From: an uncultured Nitrospiraceae bacterium
GTDB lineage: Bacteria; Nitrospirota; Thermodesulfovibrionia; Thermodesulfovibrionales; Dissulfurispiraceae
Assembly: GCA_963705105.1 (NCBI GenBank)
Contig: CAVPIW010000014.1
Span: 96,001-160,000 of the forward strand
Length of the DNA stretch: 64,000 bases
Direction: 5' to 3'
The first letter of the stretch is position 1. The number at the start of each line of letters is the position of its first letter. The notes below the pieces were generated by a model. It worked only from the letters and a program-made list of their open reading frames with translations, was not told the origin of the DNA and searched no databases. Made by a program: the position numbers and the translations under genes. Of the stretch, positions 30,652 through 43,910 are shown one piece after another.

Positions 30652-31788
30652 ATGAAACGTTATCTTTTAGCCCCTGGCCCGACGCCTGTGCCGCCGGAGG
30701 TGCTCCTCTCGATGGCCATGCCGATCATCCACCACCGTTCGGCGGACTTCGTCCCGATCCTCGACTCGGCGAAGAAGGGGCTCCAGTGGCTGTACCAGAC
30801 CAAAAACGACGTCCTGATTCTTTCCTCCACAGGCACCGGCGGTATGGTCGGATCGGTCAACAACTTCTTCAATCCCGGTGATACCGTGCTCGTCATAAAC
30901 GGGGGAAAATTCGGAGAGCGGTGGACGAAGATCTCTCAGGCATACGGCCTCAACGTGATCGAGATCCCCGTCGAGTGGGGCTATGCCGTCAAAACCGGGC
31001 AGATCGAAGAGGCCCTGAAAGGCAACGCGCAGATCAAGGGCGTCCTTATCCAGGCCACCGAGACGTCAACGGGCGTTACCCACGACATCGAAGCCATCGG
31101 AAAGATTGTCCGTAACTATGACGACACCCTCTTCATCGTTGATGCCATCAGCGCCCTCGTGGCCCATGACCTGCGCACCGATGAGTGGGGCGTCGATATC
31201 ATGGTCGGCGGGTCCCAGAAGGGAGTCATGTTGCCGCCCGGGCTCGCCTTTGCGAGCGTGAGCGAGAAGGCCTGGAAGCGGAATGCGACGTCCAGGATGC
31301 CGCGGTTTTACTTCAACTTCAAGAAAGAGCGCGAGAGCCTCGCCAAGAATCAGACGAACTATACATCCGCTGTCAGCCTCATCATCGGCCTTAACGAGGC
31401 GATCAAGATGCTCCAGGCCGAGGGACTGGAAAACGTGTTCAAACGCCATGCCCTTCTCGCCAGCGCCACGCGGGAAGCGGTGAAGGCGATCGGCCTGAAT
31501 CTCTATGCGAAGGAACGGCCGAGCAACTCCGTGACGGCCATCGAGGCCCCTGCGGGGGTCGACGGCCAGGAGATCTACAAGACCCTCCGGGAGCGGTACG
31601 GTGTGACAGGCGCGGGAGGCCAGGACAAGGCGAAGGGGAAGATATTCAGGCTTGCCCACCTGGGCTATTCCGGTCCCTTCGACGTCATCACGGGCATTGC
31701 GGCCCTTGAGATGGTACTGAAGAGTCTCGGCTACCCGGTGAAGCTCGGGACGGGTGTCGGTGCCGCCCAAGAGCTGTTGATGAAATAA
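30652..31788 (+). CDS. Class V PLP aminotransferase (alanine-glyoxylate/serine-pyruvate type)
   Basis: PGPTPVP, ETSTG, VDAIS, GSQKGVMLPPGL. Confidence 0.9.
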   Translation: MKRYLLAPGPTPVPPEVLLSMAMPIIHHRSADFVPILDSAKKGLQWLYQTKNDVLILSSTGTGGMVGSVNNFFNPGDTVLVINGGKFGERWTKISQAYGLNVIEIPVEWGYAVKTGQIEEALKGNAQIKGVLIQATETSTGVTHDIEAIGKIVRNYDDTLFIVDAISALVAHDLRTDEWGVDIMVGGSQKGVMLPPGLAFASVSEKAWKRNATSRMPRFYFNFKKERESLAKNQTNYTSAVSLIIGLNEAIKMLQAEGLENVFKRHALLASATREAVKAIGLNLYAKERPSNSVTAIEAPAGVDGQEIYKTLRERYGVTGAGGQDKAKGKIFRLAHLGYSGPFDVITGIAALEMVLKSLGYPVKLGTGVGAAQELLMK

Positions 31789-31806
31789 TCGAGGAGGAGG
31801 GAGTAC

Positions 31807-34742
<2,936 letters not shown>

Positions 34743-34772
34743 CTTCCTTGTTTCATTTTACATTGGTCCTCC

Positions 34773-34940
34773 GGGAAGGCTGATATGGTTCAAAGCCTTT
34801 CCAATGCGATGATGAGACATCTCAAGGTGTTCAGCGCCTGTTGCCTGACGGTCTTCTGGTATCGATCGACACGGCAAGGTGGGGTCTGGGGATGAATAAG
34901 GTATCTTAGAGGAAAGGCTTTTCACCACATCAGCCTTCCC
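34773..34940 (-). repeat. Stand-alone element A (168 bp, about 30-bp imperfect terminal IRs)
   Basis: GGGAAGGCTGATATGGTTCAAAGCCTTTCC / GGAAAGGCTTTTCACCACATCAGCCTTCCC; no MITE TIRs around it. Confidence 0.85.
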
Positions 34941-35009
34941 GCCCGCGTGTTCGTGGCCTTGTTCTGACTGTCGACCGGGAACTGAAGACTGAAGGTGTGG
35001 GTATGAGTT

Positions 35010-35724
35010 ATGACACGCATGGCTCATCTGTTCAGTGAGTTCCTAAACCTTTTCCTGCCGTCCCGTTGTCCCGTTTGTCAGGGTCGCTCGGACAGGCACG
35101 CCATCAACCCCATCTGTTCAACCTGCTGGGAGACGATCGGACCGTACCGGGGGAGCGCCTGCAGGCGCTGCGGTCTGCCGACGATTTCGGAGGCCACACT
35201 GTCCTGCGCATCCTGTGTGCGGGATGAACCTCCGTACTCCGTCGTGCTGTGCTACGGCATCTATGAGGGGGTGCTGCGTGAGGCCATCCATGCCTTCAAG
35301 TTCCGCGGTGTCAAAAGGCTCGCCCGCCCCCTCGGTCGCCTCATGTCGGGCCTCCCTGTCCCGGAAGCCGATGCCGTCTTGCCGGTCCCGCTTCACCCGG
35401 CCCGCCTGCGCGAAAGGGAATTCAATCAGTCAGCGCTGCTTGGCCGGCGAATCGCACTGCAGACGGGCATCCCCCTCATGCTCGGCGCCCTCGAAAAGGT
35501 GAGGGAGACGGTCCCCCAGACGGATGTCCCGGGAAAAGAAAGGGCGAAGAATGTCCGCAAGGCATTCCGGGCAACGGAGAAGGTGGCGGGGAAACGAATC
35601 GTTCTTGTCGATGACGTGATCACGACGGGCGCGACGACGAAAGAGTGTGCCGCGACGCTCCGCAGCGCCGGCGCGATCCGAGGTGGTCGTCGTCGCCCTC
35701 GCCCGGTCGATGCCGAAGATATAG
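35010..35724 (+). CDS. comF: ComF family protein; +1 frameshift near 35676
   Basis: CxxC pairs, PVPLH..R, VLVDDVITTGAT; canonical VVVVALAR ending in the shifted frame. Confidence 0.85.
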
Positions 35725-36111
35725 ACCCTGTCGCCCGGACAACTCGATAGCACGAGGGCGCCGTCTATCACATCCTGTCCCCGGGCAATGGAGAACTCTC
35801 AGCTGCTCACTGACAATCGAGTCAAGTTCCGCAATGATGTTATCCACAAGGGCAGGATCCCAGGCCGGGTACTCATGATGATGCCAATTCTTCAAGGTCC
35901 TGTAAGTAAGACCCGTCTTTTGGTTCCAAGAAGCGCGCCCTTCTTCGCTTGACTACCTTGCCCCCTTCCGTTATTATTTGAAAAAGACTGTCGGCAGTTA
36001 AACTATGGTATTGCCGCCGCGCTGCGCCTATCACTGACAAGTCGTTGGAGCGAACTGCACTGTACGTACCCCTGAAAGATATTGGAAGGTGATCTTGGGA
36101 CGTTTCATCGC

Positions 36112-36933
36112 ATGACTGAGCGCGTAAAATACAAATCCGTTACGGGGAAGACGTACTCCCTTTTCGCCGGGTATCCCTCGACGGAACGTTACTACGAGAC
36201 GGTCCGGGAAATTGTGGATAGCCTGGCGGCACTATGCCCGGACCGGAGCAGGCTCCTGGCCCATATTCAAAGGGCAGGCGGCGTCAGGAACGCCTTCAGG
36301 AGCCTGACAGGCCGCACTGTCAACAGGGCACTCATTGCGGAAATACGAAACAGGGTCGGTGATGCCCTTTCACCCTTCACAAGCGGTGTCGAAGAACATC
36401 TGCGGGGGCTCTCCCTTCAGCAGAGACTCGACGAGACGGTGCGCACGAAGGAGGAACAGTATCACCTCTTCATGATCGAAATCGAACTTGTCAACCTCAT
36501 CCACAGAGATGCTTTCAGGAAGTGTGACTACAAAATCGCTCTCCTTCCCCACTGCCTGCGCGACTTCAGGCCCCAATGCCGGTCAGCCCCCGGAGACATC
36601 GAATGCACGTGCAGGGGCTGCACCGACGACTGCTTCATCAATCTCGGCAGCCTGCTGCTGAGGAAGTTCAACATCCATCCCTACATATCCATAACCATAG
36701 ATCAGCAGAGGCTCCTGAAGGGGCTCAAGGCGGAGCACCCCGGCATTGGCGCCCTGGGCATCGCCTGCGTGCCCGAACTTGCCAGAGGCATGAGATTATG
36801 CATGAAACTGGCCATCCCTCCCGTCGGCATACCCCTCGACGCCAACCGCTGCGCCAGATGGATGAAAAAGGCCGAGGACACATCATTCAGCCTGGAGGAA
36901 CTGGAGGGGCTGCTGGTCGATGATCGGCCGTAA
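36112..36933 (+). CDS. DUF116 domain protein
   Basis: LLPHCLR, C..C..C, GIACVPEL, GIPL...C. Confidence 0.8.
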   Translation: MTERVKYKSVTGKTYSLFAGYPSTERYYETVREIVDSLAALCPDRSRLLAHIQRAGGVRNAFRSLTGRTVNRALIAEIRNRVGDALSPFTSGVEEHLRGLSLQQRLDETVRTKEEQYHLFMIEIELVNLIHRDAFRKCDYKIALLPHCLRDFRPQCRSAPGDIECTCRGCTDDCFINLGSLLLRKFNIHPYISITIDQQRLLKGLKAEHPGIGALGIACVPELARGMRLCMKLAIPPVGIPLDANRCARWMKKAEDTSFSLEELEGLLVDDRP

Positions 36934-37143
36934 AGTGCGAGCCGAATGCAAGTCGTATTCCCGAGTATCGGGGGTGCGTCTTCGTGAGGAGGGGGCTAAT
37001 CCGGCAGCACGAGGTCGCACCTTATAATGCCGCCAGCCTGCGTGCACGCCATAATGTCTCCTGCCCGCTGCCGGCGTTTGCGGCGGTGTCTATAGCATAA
37101 CACCAGGCGTCCCTGACATCCGCAAGGTATTTTTATAACCCTG

Positions 37144-38086
37144 TCAGTGCCCCGGCGTACTCCTCGTCACGGTGTAGCAGTCGAGATCGTCGGCGAAGAC
37201 AACGGGACCTTTGTACTGTTCGGAGATGAACCGGAGGGTCTCCTTTTCCCTTCCCAAGGTCCTCAGCATGCGGTGAGACAAGACCAGCTTCTTCACCTCT
37301 GCGGCGGTCGCTGATCCTGCCGATCACCGACGGCGGCATGTGGAGGTCCCTGGCGAGTCCCCCGGTCCCTTCCGGAATGGCGTTGTGGGCGAAGAAGAGA
37401 TCGGCGTTTTTCGCGATATCCACGAGGACCTTGTTGTTGCCGCTCGTGTCACCGCTGAAGGCGAGCACGACGTCGCCCATCTCAAAGCGGAGGGCGATGG
37501 ACGGCACAGGCCCGTGTTCCGAAGGCAGGGCGAAGACCGTCATCCCGTCCCCGCTGAAGACCTGCGTCATCTTTTCCCCTGGCAGGGAAAGATCCTGCGG
37601 CTTCAGGGCATAGCTCGTTTCGCCGCCCGTGAGATAATCCCCCAGGTACCGGTAAAGCCCGCGCTTCCCGTCGAAGAGAAGCCTGACGAATTCAGTCGTC
37701 GGCGGGTAGAAGTCATTGCCCGCAGGTCCCAGCACAGGAAGGGGCTGCGTTCGCTTCACGAAATAGGATGATTTGACGAGGACCGGCAGGTCCGCGGCAT
37801 GGTCCACGTGAAGGTGGGTCAGGAAAACCACATCGAGATCGGCGATCCGCGCGTCCATGTCGCCGAAGTAATTGGCGCTCCCGCTGCCCGCGTCGATGAG
37901 CGCCCTTGCCCTGCCGTCCTGCCAGACAATGTAGCTCGACGAAGCGCGCCGGTCTTCGATCTCGGGGCCTCCTGAGCCGAGCACCTGGACCTCGATCCCT
38001 TTGCCCGTGCAACGGGCTGCAAGGGCCTGAGTTGTCAAGAGGGCCACGAGCAAGACAACAAGCACGGCACACAGAACTCTGATCAT
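37144..38086 (-). CDS. Exported MBL-fold (RNase Z/arylsulfatase-like) hydrolase; +1 frameshift near 37312
   Basis: VLGSGGP, THLHVDH, FSGDT; KKLVLSHRM in the shifted frame. Confidence 0.85.
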
Positions 38087-38121
38087 AATCTCCTCCTTGC
38101 CGATAATAAGACTTTCATAGT

Positions 38122-38538
38122 TCATCCGGCGGGATCCACCCAGTTGCCGATTGCCCCCTCGACAAATGTCCTGATCACCGGCAAATCCGCTTCCGCCCAG
38201 TCAAGAACCGGCAGATCTTCCGGTGCAAGCCATACAGACGCTGCGTGCTCATGGAGGACGATCTCGCCGGACCTGATTGAGCAGACAAAGGGGTAGAGTG
38301 TCACCGTAAAGGTTTGATAACTGTGCGTACTCGGCGGAAGCGCGCGTATGATATCGACGCCGACTCCCACCTCCTCGTTCAGTTCACGATGCAGGCAGTC
38401 TTCCGGAGTTTCACCGGGATGGATCTTGCCGCCGGGAAATTCCCATTTGAGGGGCAGGTTCCCGTCGGCGCCGCGCTGCGTTGCGAGCACCTTCCCCTCC
38501 CGCTGAATGATTGCACAGGCGACATGTAAATGCTTCAT
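38122..38538 (-). CDS. Nudix hydrolase, MutT/NudG-like
   Basis: [34 protein letters not shown]. Confidence 0.9.
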   Translation of the reverse strand: MKHLHVACAIIQREGKVLATQRGADGNLPLKWEFPGGKIHPGETPEDCLHRELNEEVGVGVDIIRALPPSTHSYQTFTVTLYPFVCSIRSGEIVLHEHAASVWLAPEDLPVLDWAEADLPVIRTFVEGAIGNWVDPAG

Positions 38539-38634
38539 AAACCTTGTCGCTGCAACAGGACCTCCGGAAAGGTATAGTCATATCACAGAGGTTCCTGCAT
38601 GATGATCGGCGAAGGTTTCACCGTACCCTGCAGT

Positions 38635-39156
38635 TTACAGAAAACCGTTGAACTTTATTTTCCCGAAGTCCAGGCGCTCCCGATCAACGGGCCTCTTTGT
38701 CTCGGCAGGATAGCCGATGCTGATGATCGACAGGACCCTCAGGTGCCCTGGAATGCCGAGGAGTCCCCGGACATACGCTTCCGCGCTCTCCTCTTTCGAA
38801 TGCTCCCTCTTTCTGATCTGAATCCAGCAGCTGCCCATCCCCAGGGCGTGTGCGGTCAGATGCGCGACGACGGAAGCAATGGCGCAATCCTCCACCCAGA
38901 CGTCGGACTTCGTCTCGTCCCCGCAAACCACGATGCCCAGCGCAGCATCCCTGAGGAAACCGGACCCATGCTCCTTTGCACGGGAGAGCTTCGCCAAGAG
39001 GGCTGGTTCATCGACAAAAACGAACGTCCAGGGACTGAAGCCCCGTGACGAGGGACACCGAAGAAGCGCCTCCTTCAGAACCTCCAGGTGCTCCGCCGTG
39101 ACGGCCTTTTTCTGATATTGCCTGATGCTGCGCCGTGTCCTCAGTATCTCAATCAT
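38635..39156 (-). CDS. Nitroreductase family protein
   Basis: RRSIRQY, PSSRG..PW.F, GMGSCW, IGYP. Confidence 0.92.
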   Translation of the reverse strand: MIEILRTRRSIRQYQKKAVTAEHLEVLKEALLRCPSSRGFSPWTFVFVDEPALLAKLSRAKEHGSGFLRDAALGIVVCGDETKSDVWVEDCAIASVVAHLTAHALGMGSCWIQIRKREHSKEESAEAYVRGLLGIPGHLRVLSIISIGYPAETKRPVDRERLDFGKIKFNGFL

Positions 39157-39368
39157 AGTTCGCCCTCCATGATCGTGACAAGCTGTTCTCTTCGGATGAC
39201 CCTGCGCCGGCGGCTCCCTCCCGGGGGTCCACTGACAGCCCGGCCTGAAAGAATAATGTATTACAGTCCCCGGAGAAACTTCAACTGGAATCCTTCAACA
39301 ACTCACCGGCAGATGTGTCCGCCCTTTGCAGGCCGGCGCCGGAGTTCCCTCCACGCGACCGAATCCCG

Positions 39369-39377
39369 TGCTATAAT
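39369..39377 (+). promoter_or_regulatory. Extended -10 promoter for the thiolase operon
   Basis: TGCTATAAT. Confidence 0.5.
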
Positions 39378-39397
39378 CTACTTAAAAGATATCACAA

Positions 39398-39605
39398 CCT
39401 TGAAATTGCATGGAAAGGCGGTGCGAAACGCCTCAAAGCCTTGCTGAAGGCGACGATGATCATTGTCAGGTTCGTCTCTCAGGGTCCCATTCTTCGTGTC
39501 ACCGACCATCGCTTGTAACGTCTTCCGCGACGATACAGGTGTCGCCGCATCAAGGTTTTCGGCGCATACACCCCGCCTTTCCAGAGGACGCATGCAACGA
39601 TAGTG
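39398..39605 (-). mobile_element. MITE copy (L1-R1); TSD ACAA/ACAG
   Basis: CCTTGAAATTGCA / TGCAACGATAGTG ends; long internal inverted repeat. Confidence 0.88.
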
Positions 39606-39638
39606 ACAGTTCAAAGAGAATGGGCATGGAGACAAGAA

Positions 39639-40793
39639 ATGGCTGAAGATATTGTTTTGGCGGGCGCGGTGAGGACACCCGCAGGGAAGTTTGGCCGTTC
39701 GCTGAAAGACATCCCGGCACCGCGCCTCGGCGCGCTCGTGGTCGCAGAGGCGTTGAAAAGGGCCGGTGTCGGGCCGGCGGAGGTCGAACAGGTCATCATG
39801 GGCAATGCGGTCGGGGCCGGCCTCGGCCAGAACCCGGCACGCCAGGCTGCGGTCATGTCGGGCATCCCCTGCGATGTGGCGTCATTCACGCTGAACGAAG
39901 TCTGCGGCTCTGCCATGAAGGCCGTCATGGTCGCCGCCCAGATGATCAGGGCCGGCGATTACCGCGTCATCGTCGCGGGAGGAATGGAGAGCATGAGCGG
40001 CGCGCCTCACCTCATGAGAGGCCTGCGCTGGGGGGTGAAACTCGGGTCCGTCTGCTCCGACGATGCCATGCTGAGCGACGGAATCAGGGAAACCTTTAAC
40101 GGTTATCACATGGGGATAACGGGCGAGAGGGTGGCGGAAAAATACGGCGTCACCAGGGCGGAGGCGGACGCATTCGCCTTCTCGAGCCATATGAAGGCCT
40201 TCGCTGCCACGAAAGAGGGGTCATTTCGGGACGAGATCCTTCCGGTGGGGGCATTGGCGGAGGACGAGTGCATCCGCGGCGACACGACACCGGAAAAGCT
40301 CGCCGCGCTCAGGCCTGTTTTCCGGGAGGGAGGCATCCTGACGGCCGGCAACAGCTCCCAGCTGAGCGACGGCGCCGCTGCTGTCGTTGTGATGTCTGCG
40401 GGACGGGCCCGGGAACTCGGGGTGACCCCTTTGGCCCGCATCATCGGGTTCGCTGATGGGGGCGTTAAGCCGGAGGACGTGATGGAAGCGCCGATTCCCG
40501 CGGTCAGAAAGTTATTGAAGAACACCGGCCTCGTCATCGGAGATTTCGACCTTGTCGAGCACAACGAGGCTTATGCTCCCGCATCCATCGTCGTCGCGCG
40601 GGAATTGGGCATCCCTCCCGAAAGGCTCAATGTTCACGGCGGTGCCGTCGCCCTCGGACATCCCATCGGCTGCAGCGGCGCCCGCATCCTCGTCACCTTG
40701 ATTTACGCTCTCAGGAACAGGGGGTTGAGCAGGGGACTGGCCACGGTCTGCATCGGCGGCGGCACGGCAACGGCCATGGCCATCGAGCGATGA
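39639..40793 (+). CDS. Acetyl-CoA C-acetyltransferase (thiolase)
   Basis: NEVCGS, EHNEAY, GHPIGCSG, CIGGG. Confidence 0.95.
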   Translation: MAEDIVLAGAVRTPAGKFGRSLKDIPAPRLGALVVAEALKRAGVGPAEVEQVIMGNAVGAGLGQNPARQAAVMSGIPCDVASFTLNEVCGSAMKAVMVAAQMIRAGDYRVIVAGGMESMSGAPHLMRGLRWGVKLGSVCSDDAMLSDGIRETFNGYHMGITGERVAEKYGVTRAEADAFAFSSHMKAFAATKEGSFRDEILPVGALAEDECIRGDTTPEKLAALRPVFREGGILTAGNSSQLSDGAAAVVVMSAGRARELGVTPLARIIGFADGGVKPEDVMEAPIPAVRKLLKNTGLVIGDFDLVEHNEAYAPASIVVARELGIPPERLNVHGGAVALGHPIGCSGARILVTLIYALRNRGLSRGLATVCIGGGTATAMAIER

Positions 40794-41965
40794 GCGCCTT
40801 CTATTCGGAGCACCAGAGAGAGGTGCTGGATACGCTCTTTCCGGCCGGGACGGATCACCACGATTTTCTCGCCTCCCTCGGGGAGTTTGCGGCCAGGGAG
40901 ATCATGCCCGGAGCGCAAAAGATTGACAAAGACGGCGCATTTCCGGAAGACCGGTACGACAGGGTAGTGGAGAGGGGTTTGTTCGGTCTGTCCCTCCCCA
41001 GGGCATACGGCGGATCGGGGATGCCCTTCCCCGTCTATACGGCTGCGCTGGAGATGCTCGCGAAGGCCTGCGCAAACACGGCGCTCCGGGTGTCGGTCCA
41101 GGGAATGGTCGCCGAGGGTATTGTGATGCATGGCACGGCGGAGCAGAAGCAGGCCCTCCTGGTGGACCGGGGATGCGCAAAGGGCGCGGGCAAGCTCGCC
41201 TTCGCCCTCACCGAGCCCTGCTGCGGTTCCGACGCGAAGGCACTGAGGACAAAAGCGGAGCTCACGGGCGGACGGTATGTTGTTGACGGCACGAAGACAC
41301 TCATAACGAATGCCCTCGACGCGCAGTTCTTCCTCGTATTTGCAGGAACGGAGAGGGGCATCTCCGCTCTTCTCGTGCCTGCGGATACCCCCGGATGCAC
41401 GGTGACGAAAGATATGCCGAAACTCGGGTTCAGGGGAAACAGTCTCTCATCGATCCGGTTTGAGCGCTGCGAGGTCCCGTCGGATTGCCTCCTCGGAGAA
41501 GAGGGAAAGGGACTGGAGTACGCCAAGGAGATCCTCAACGCGGGACGGATTACCATCGCCGCGATTGCCGTCGGGATCGCCCAAGCTGCCTTCGACAAGG
41601 CGCGTCGGTACAGCTCGGGAAGAAAAGCCTTCGGGGAGCCCATCGCCGGCTTCCAGCTCATACAGGAGAAGCTCGCCGACATGGTCACGGATATCAGGGC
41701 TGCAAGGCTTCTCACATATTACGCCGCGTGCCGCAGGGAGAAGGGTCTGCCTGTCGCTGCAGAAGCGGCCCAGGCGAAGCTCTTCGCCTCGGAAGCGGCA
41801 TTGAGGGTGTGCGATCGGGCTTTACAGGTCCACGGCGGATACGGATATGTCGACGCCTACGACATCCACAGACACTGGAGAGACGCGAGGCTCCTGACGA
41901 TCGGGGAAGGGACATCGGAGATGCTGAGAATCCTCATTGCTCATCGCGCACTCAGGGAGGAATAG
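40790..41965 (+). CDS. Acyl-CoA dehydrogenase
   Basis: FALTEP..GSD, GTKTLITN, QVHGGYGY, IGEGTSE. Confidence 0.93.
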   Translation: MSAFYSEHQREVLDTLFPAGTDHHDFLASLGEFAAREIMPGAQKIDKDGAFPEDRYDRVVERGLFGLSLPRAYGGSGMPFPVYTAALEMLAKACANTALRVSVQGMVAEGIVMHGTAEQKQALLVDRGCAKGAGKLAFALTEPCCGSDAKALRTKAELTGGRYVVDGTKTLITNALDAQFFLVFAGTERGISALLVPADTPGCTVTKDMPKLGFRGNSLSSIRFERCEVPSDCLLGEEGKGLEYAKEILNAGRITIAAIAVGIAQAAFDKARRYSSGRKAFGEPIAGFQLIQEKLADMVTDIRAARLLTYYAACRREKGLPVAAEAAQAKLFASEAALRVCDRALQVHGGYGYVDAYDIHRHWRDARLLTIGEGTSEMLRILIAHRALREE

Positions 41966-41971
41966 ACAGCC

Positions 41972-42820
41972 ATGGAGATAAGCCGGATTGCGGTGATCGG
42001 ATCGGGGACCATGGGAGGCGGCATCGCCCAGGTTGCATCGCAGAGCGGGTACGAGGTCATCTTGAGCGATGTGAGCGATGATTTCGTTCGGAAGGGTTTC
42101 GCCCGCATCCGGGAGCGGCTTGAACAGAGGGTGAATCAGGGAAAGTTTAAAGCCGCCGAGGCGGAGAAGGCCCTCTCCCGCATCAGACCCGTCGGCCGTC
42201 TCGAGGAGTGCGGAGAGGCCGATCTTGTAATCGAGGCCGTCGTCGAACGGGAGGAGACGAAGAGGGATATCTTCCGGCAGCTCGATGCCCTCTGTCCGGA
42301 CCGGACGATCTTTACATCCAACACCTCGTCATTGTCCATCACCCGCCTGAGCCAGACATTCAGGCGGCCGGAACGCTTCGCGGGCATGCACTTCATGAAC
42401 CCTGCCTTTGTCATGCCTCTCCTGGAGGTCGTCCGGGGACATCGTACGTCGGGGGAGACAATTGCAGCGATAACCCGTGTGGGTGAGAGCATGGGGAAAA
42501 AGGTCGTCGTCGTCGAGGACTCGCCGGGCTTCGTGACGAGCCGCGTACTGCTGCACATGATCAACGATGCCGTATTCTGTCTGCACGAGGGGGTGGCGTC
42601 GCGTGAAGCCATCGACACCGTCATGAGGCTCGGAGCGCACCACCCCATGGGACCCCTGGAACTTGCGGATTTCATGGGCCTTGACATCTGCCTCGCCATC
42701 CTCGGAGTCCTCCATGCCGAGCTGGGTGAAAAATACAGGCCCTGCCTGCTCCTGCGGCGGATGGTTGAGGCAGGTAAGCTCGGCAGGAAAAGCGGGGAAG
42801 GGTTCTATGAGTACCGGTGA
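41972..42820 (+). CDS. hbd: 3-hydroxybutyryl-CoA dehydrogenase
   Basis: GSGTMGGGIA, SNTSSLSIT, GMHFMNP, HPMGPL. Confidence 0.92.
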   Translation: MEISRIAVIGSGTMGGGIAQVASQSGYEVILSDVSDDFVRKGFARIRERLEQRVNQGKFKAAEAEKALSRIRPVGRLEECGEADLVIEAVVEREETKRDIFRQLDALCPDRTIFTSNTSSLSITRLSQTFRRPERFAGMHFMNPAFVMPLLEVVRGHRTSGETIAAITRVGESMGKKVVVVEDSPGFVTSRVLLHMINDAVFCLHEGVASREAIDTVMRLGAHHPMGPLELADFMGLDICLAILGVLHAELGEKYRPCLLLRRMVEAGKLGRKSGEGFYEYR

Positions 42821-43580
42821 GTCTATCATGGTCGAAAGACAGGGGCCCGTCTGCACGATCACCTTGAACAGGGACAGGGGGATGAACCTGCTCGGCACGG
42901 AGTCGCTCCAGATGCTGTCTCATACCTTCGCAACGGCGGCGGAAGACCGGCAGGTGCGTGCCGTTGTCATCACGGGGCGCGGAAACTTCAGCGCCGGTGC
43001 CGATATCAGGGAAATGAAGGACATGAGCGTGGAGCAGGCCGGTGCCTTCGCACGCCTCGGTCAGGGCGTGTTCAACATGATCGAACGCATGGATAAGGCG
43101 GTCATAGCGGCCGTCACCGGATACGCCCTCGGGGGAGGATGTGAGCTTGCCCTCGCCTGCGACATCCGCATATGCGACGAGAGCGCGCGGTTCGGCCAGA
43201 TCGAGCTGAGCCTCGGTCTCATTCCCGGTTTCGGCGGAACACAGCGACTCGCCAGGATTGTGGGCCATGGCAGGGCCATGGAAATGATGCTGACGGGACG
43301 CATGGTCGGAGCACAGGAGGCAGGATCTATCGGCCTTGTCGGCACGGTGGTCCCCCTGGGGGATGCGCTGAAGGCAGCCATGGAAATCGCGCAGACGATC
43401 GCGGGGAAAAGCCCCGTCGGCGTGGCCATGGTCAAGAGAATCGCAAGAGAATCCTCTCCGCTCGAGAAGGGGCTGGCAATCGAGGCCGAGTCATTCATGA
43501 AGTGCTTCGGATACGAGGACCACAGGGAAGGCATCCGTGCATTTCTCGAAAAGAGACCGCCCGTCTTCAGGGGGGAGTAA
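42807..43580 (+). CDS. crt: Enoyl-CoA hydratase (crotonase)
   Basis: FSAGADI, ALGGGCELA, GQIE..LGLIPGFGGTQRL. Confidence 0.9.
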   Translation: MSTGESIMVERQGPVCTITLNRDRGMNLLGTESLQMLSHTFATAAEDRQVRAVVITGRGNFSAGADIREMKDMSVEQAGAFARLGQGVFNMIERMDKAVIAAVTGYALGGGCELALACDIRICDESARFGQIELSLGLIPGFGGTQRLARIVGHGRAMEMMLTGRMVGAQEAGSIGLVGTVVPLGDALKAAMEIAQTIAGKSPVGVAMVKRIARESSPLEKGLAIEAESFMKCFGYEDHREGIRAFLEKRPPVFRGE

Positions 43581-43581
43581 A

Positions 43582-43901
43582 GCTTATCGTCATAGGAAAG
43601 TAGGGGCGAAGCGCCTAAAAGCCTTCTCATTGCAACGCTGACTCCGGGAAGGCAGATACGGTCAAGGCCTTTCCAATGCGATGATGAGACTTCTCCGGCG
43701 TTAAGCGCCGGTTGCCTGACGGGCTCTTGTCATCGGACGACACGGCAAAGGGTGGTCTGGTGATGTATAGGGTATCTTAGCGGAAAGGCTTTTACCACAT
43801 CAGCCTTCCCGTCGGTGTGTTTATCGTCCGGTTTCCGTCTTTGCCTGCTGTCTATTGTCGCCTTCGCCCCGCCTTTTCGGACGGCGTAGTCAACGATGAG
43901 G
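43582..43901 (-). mobile_element. MITE copy (L3, element A 43646-43810, R1-like); TSD TAAA/TGAA
   Basis: GCTTATCGTCATA / GTCAACGATGAGG ends. Confidence 0.82.
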
Positions 43902-43910
43902 TGAAGAGGG

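Noticed and set aside
35840..35848. DnaA box TTATCCACA as part of oriC
   Set aside because: Single box with no cluster or unwinding element
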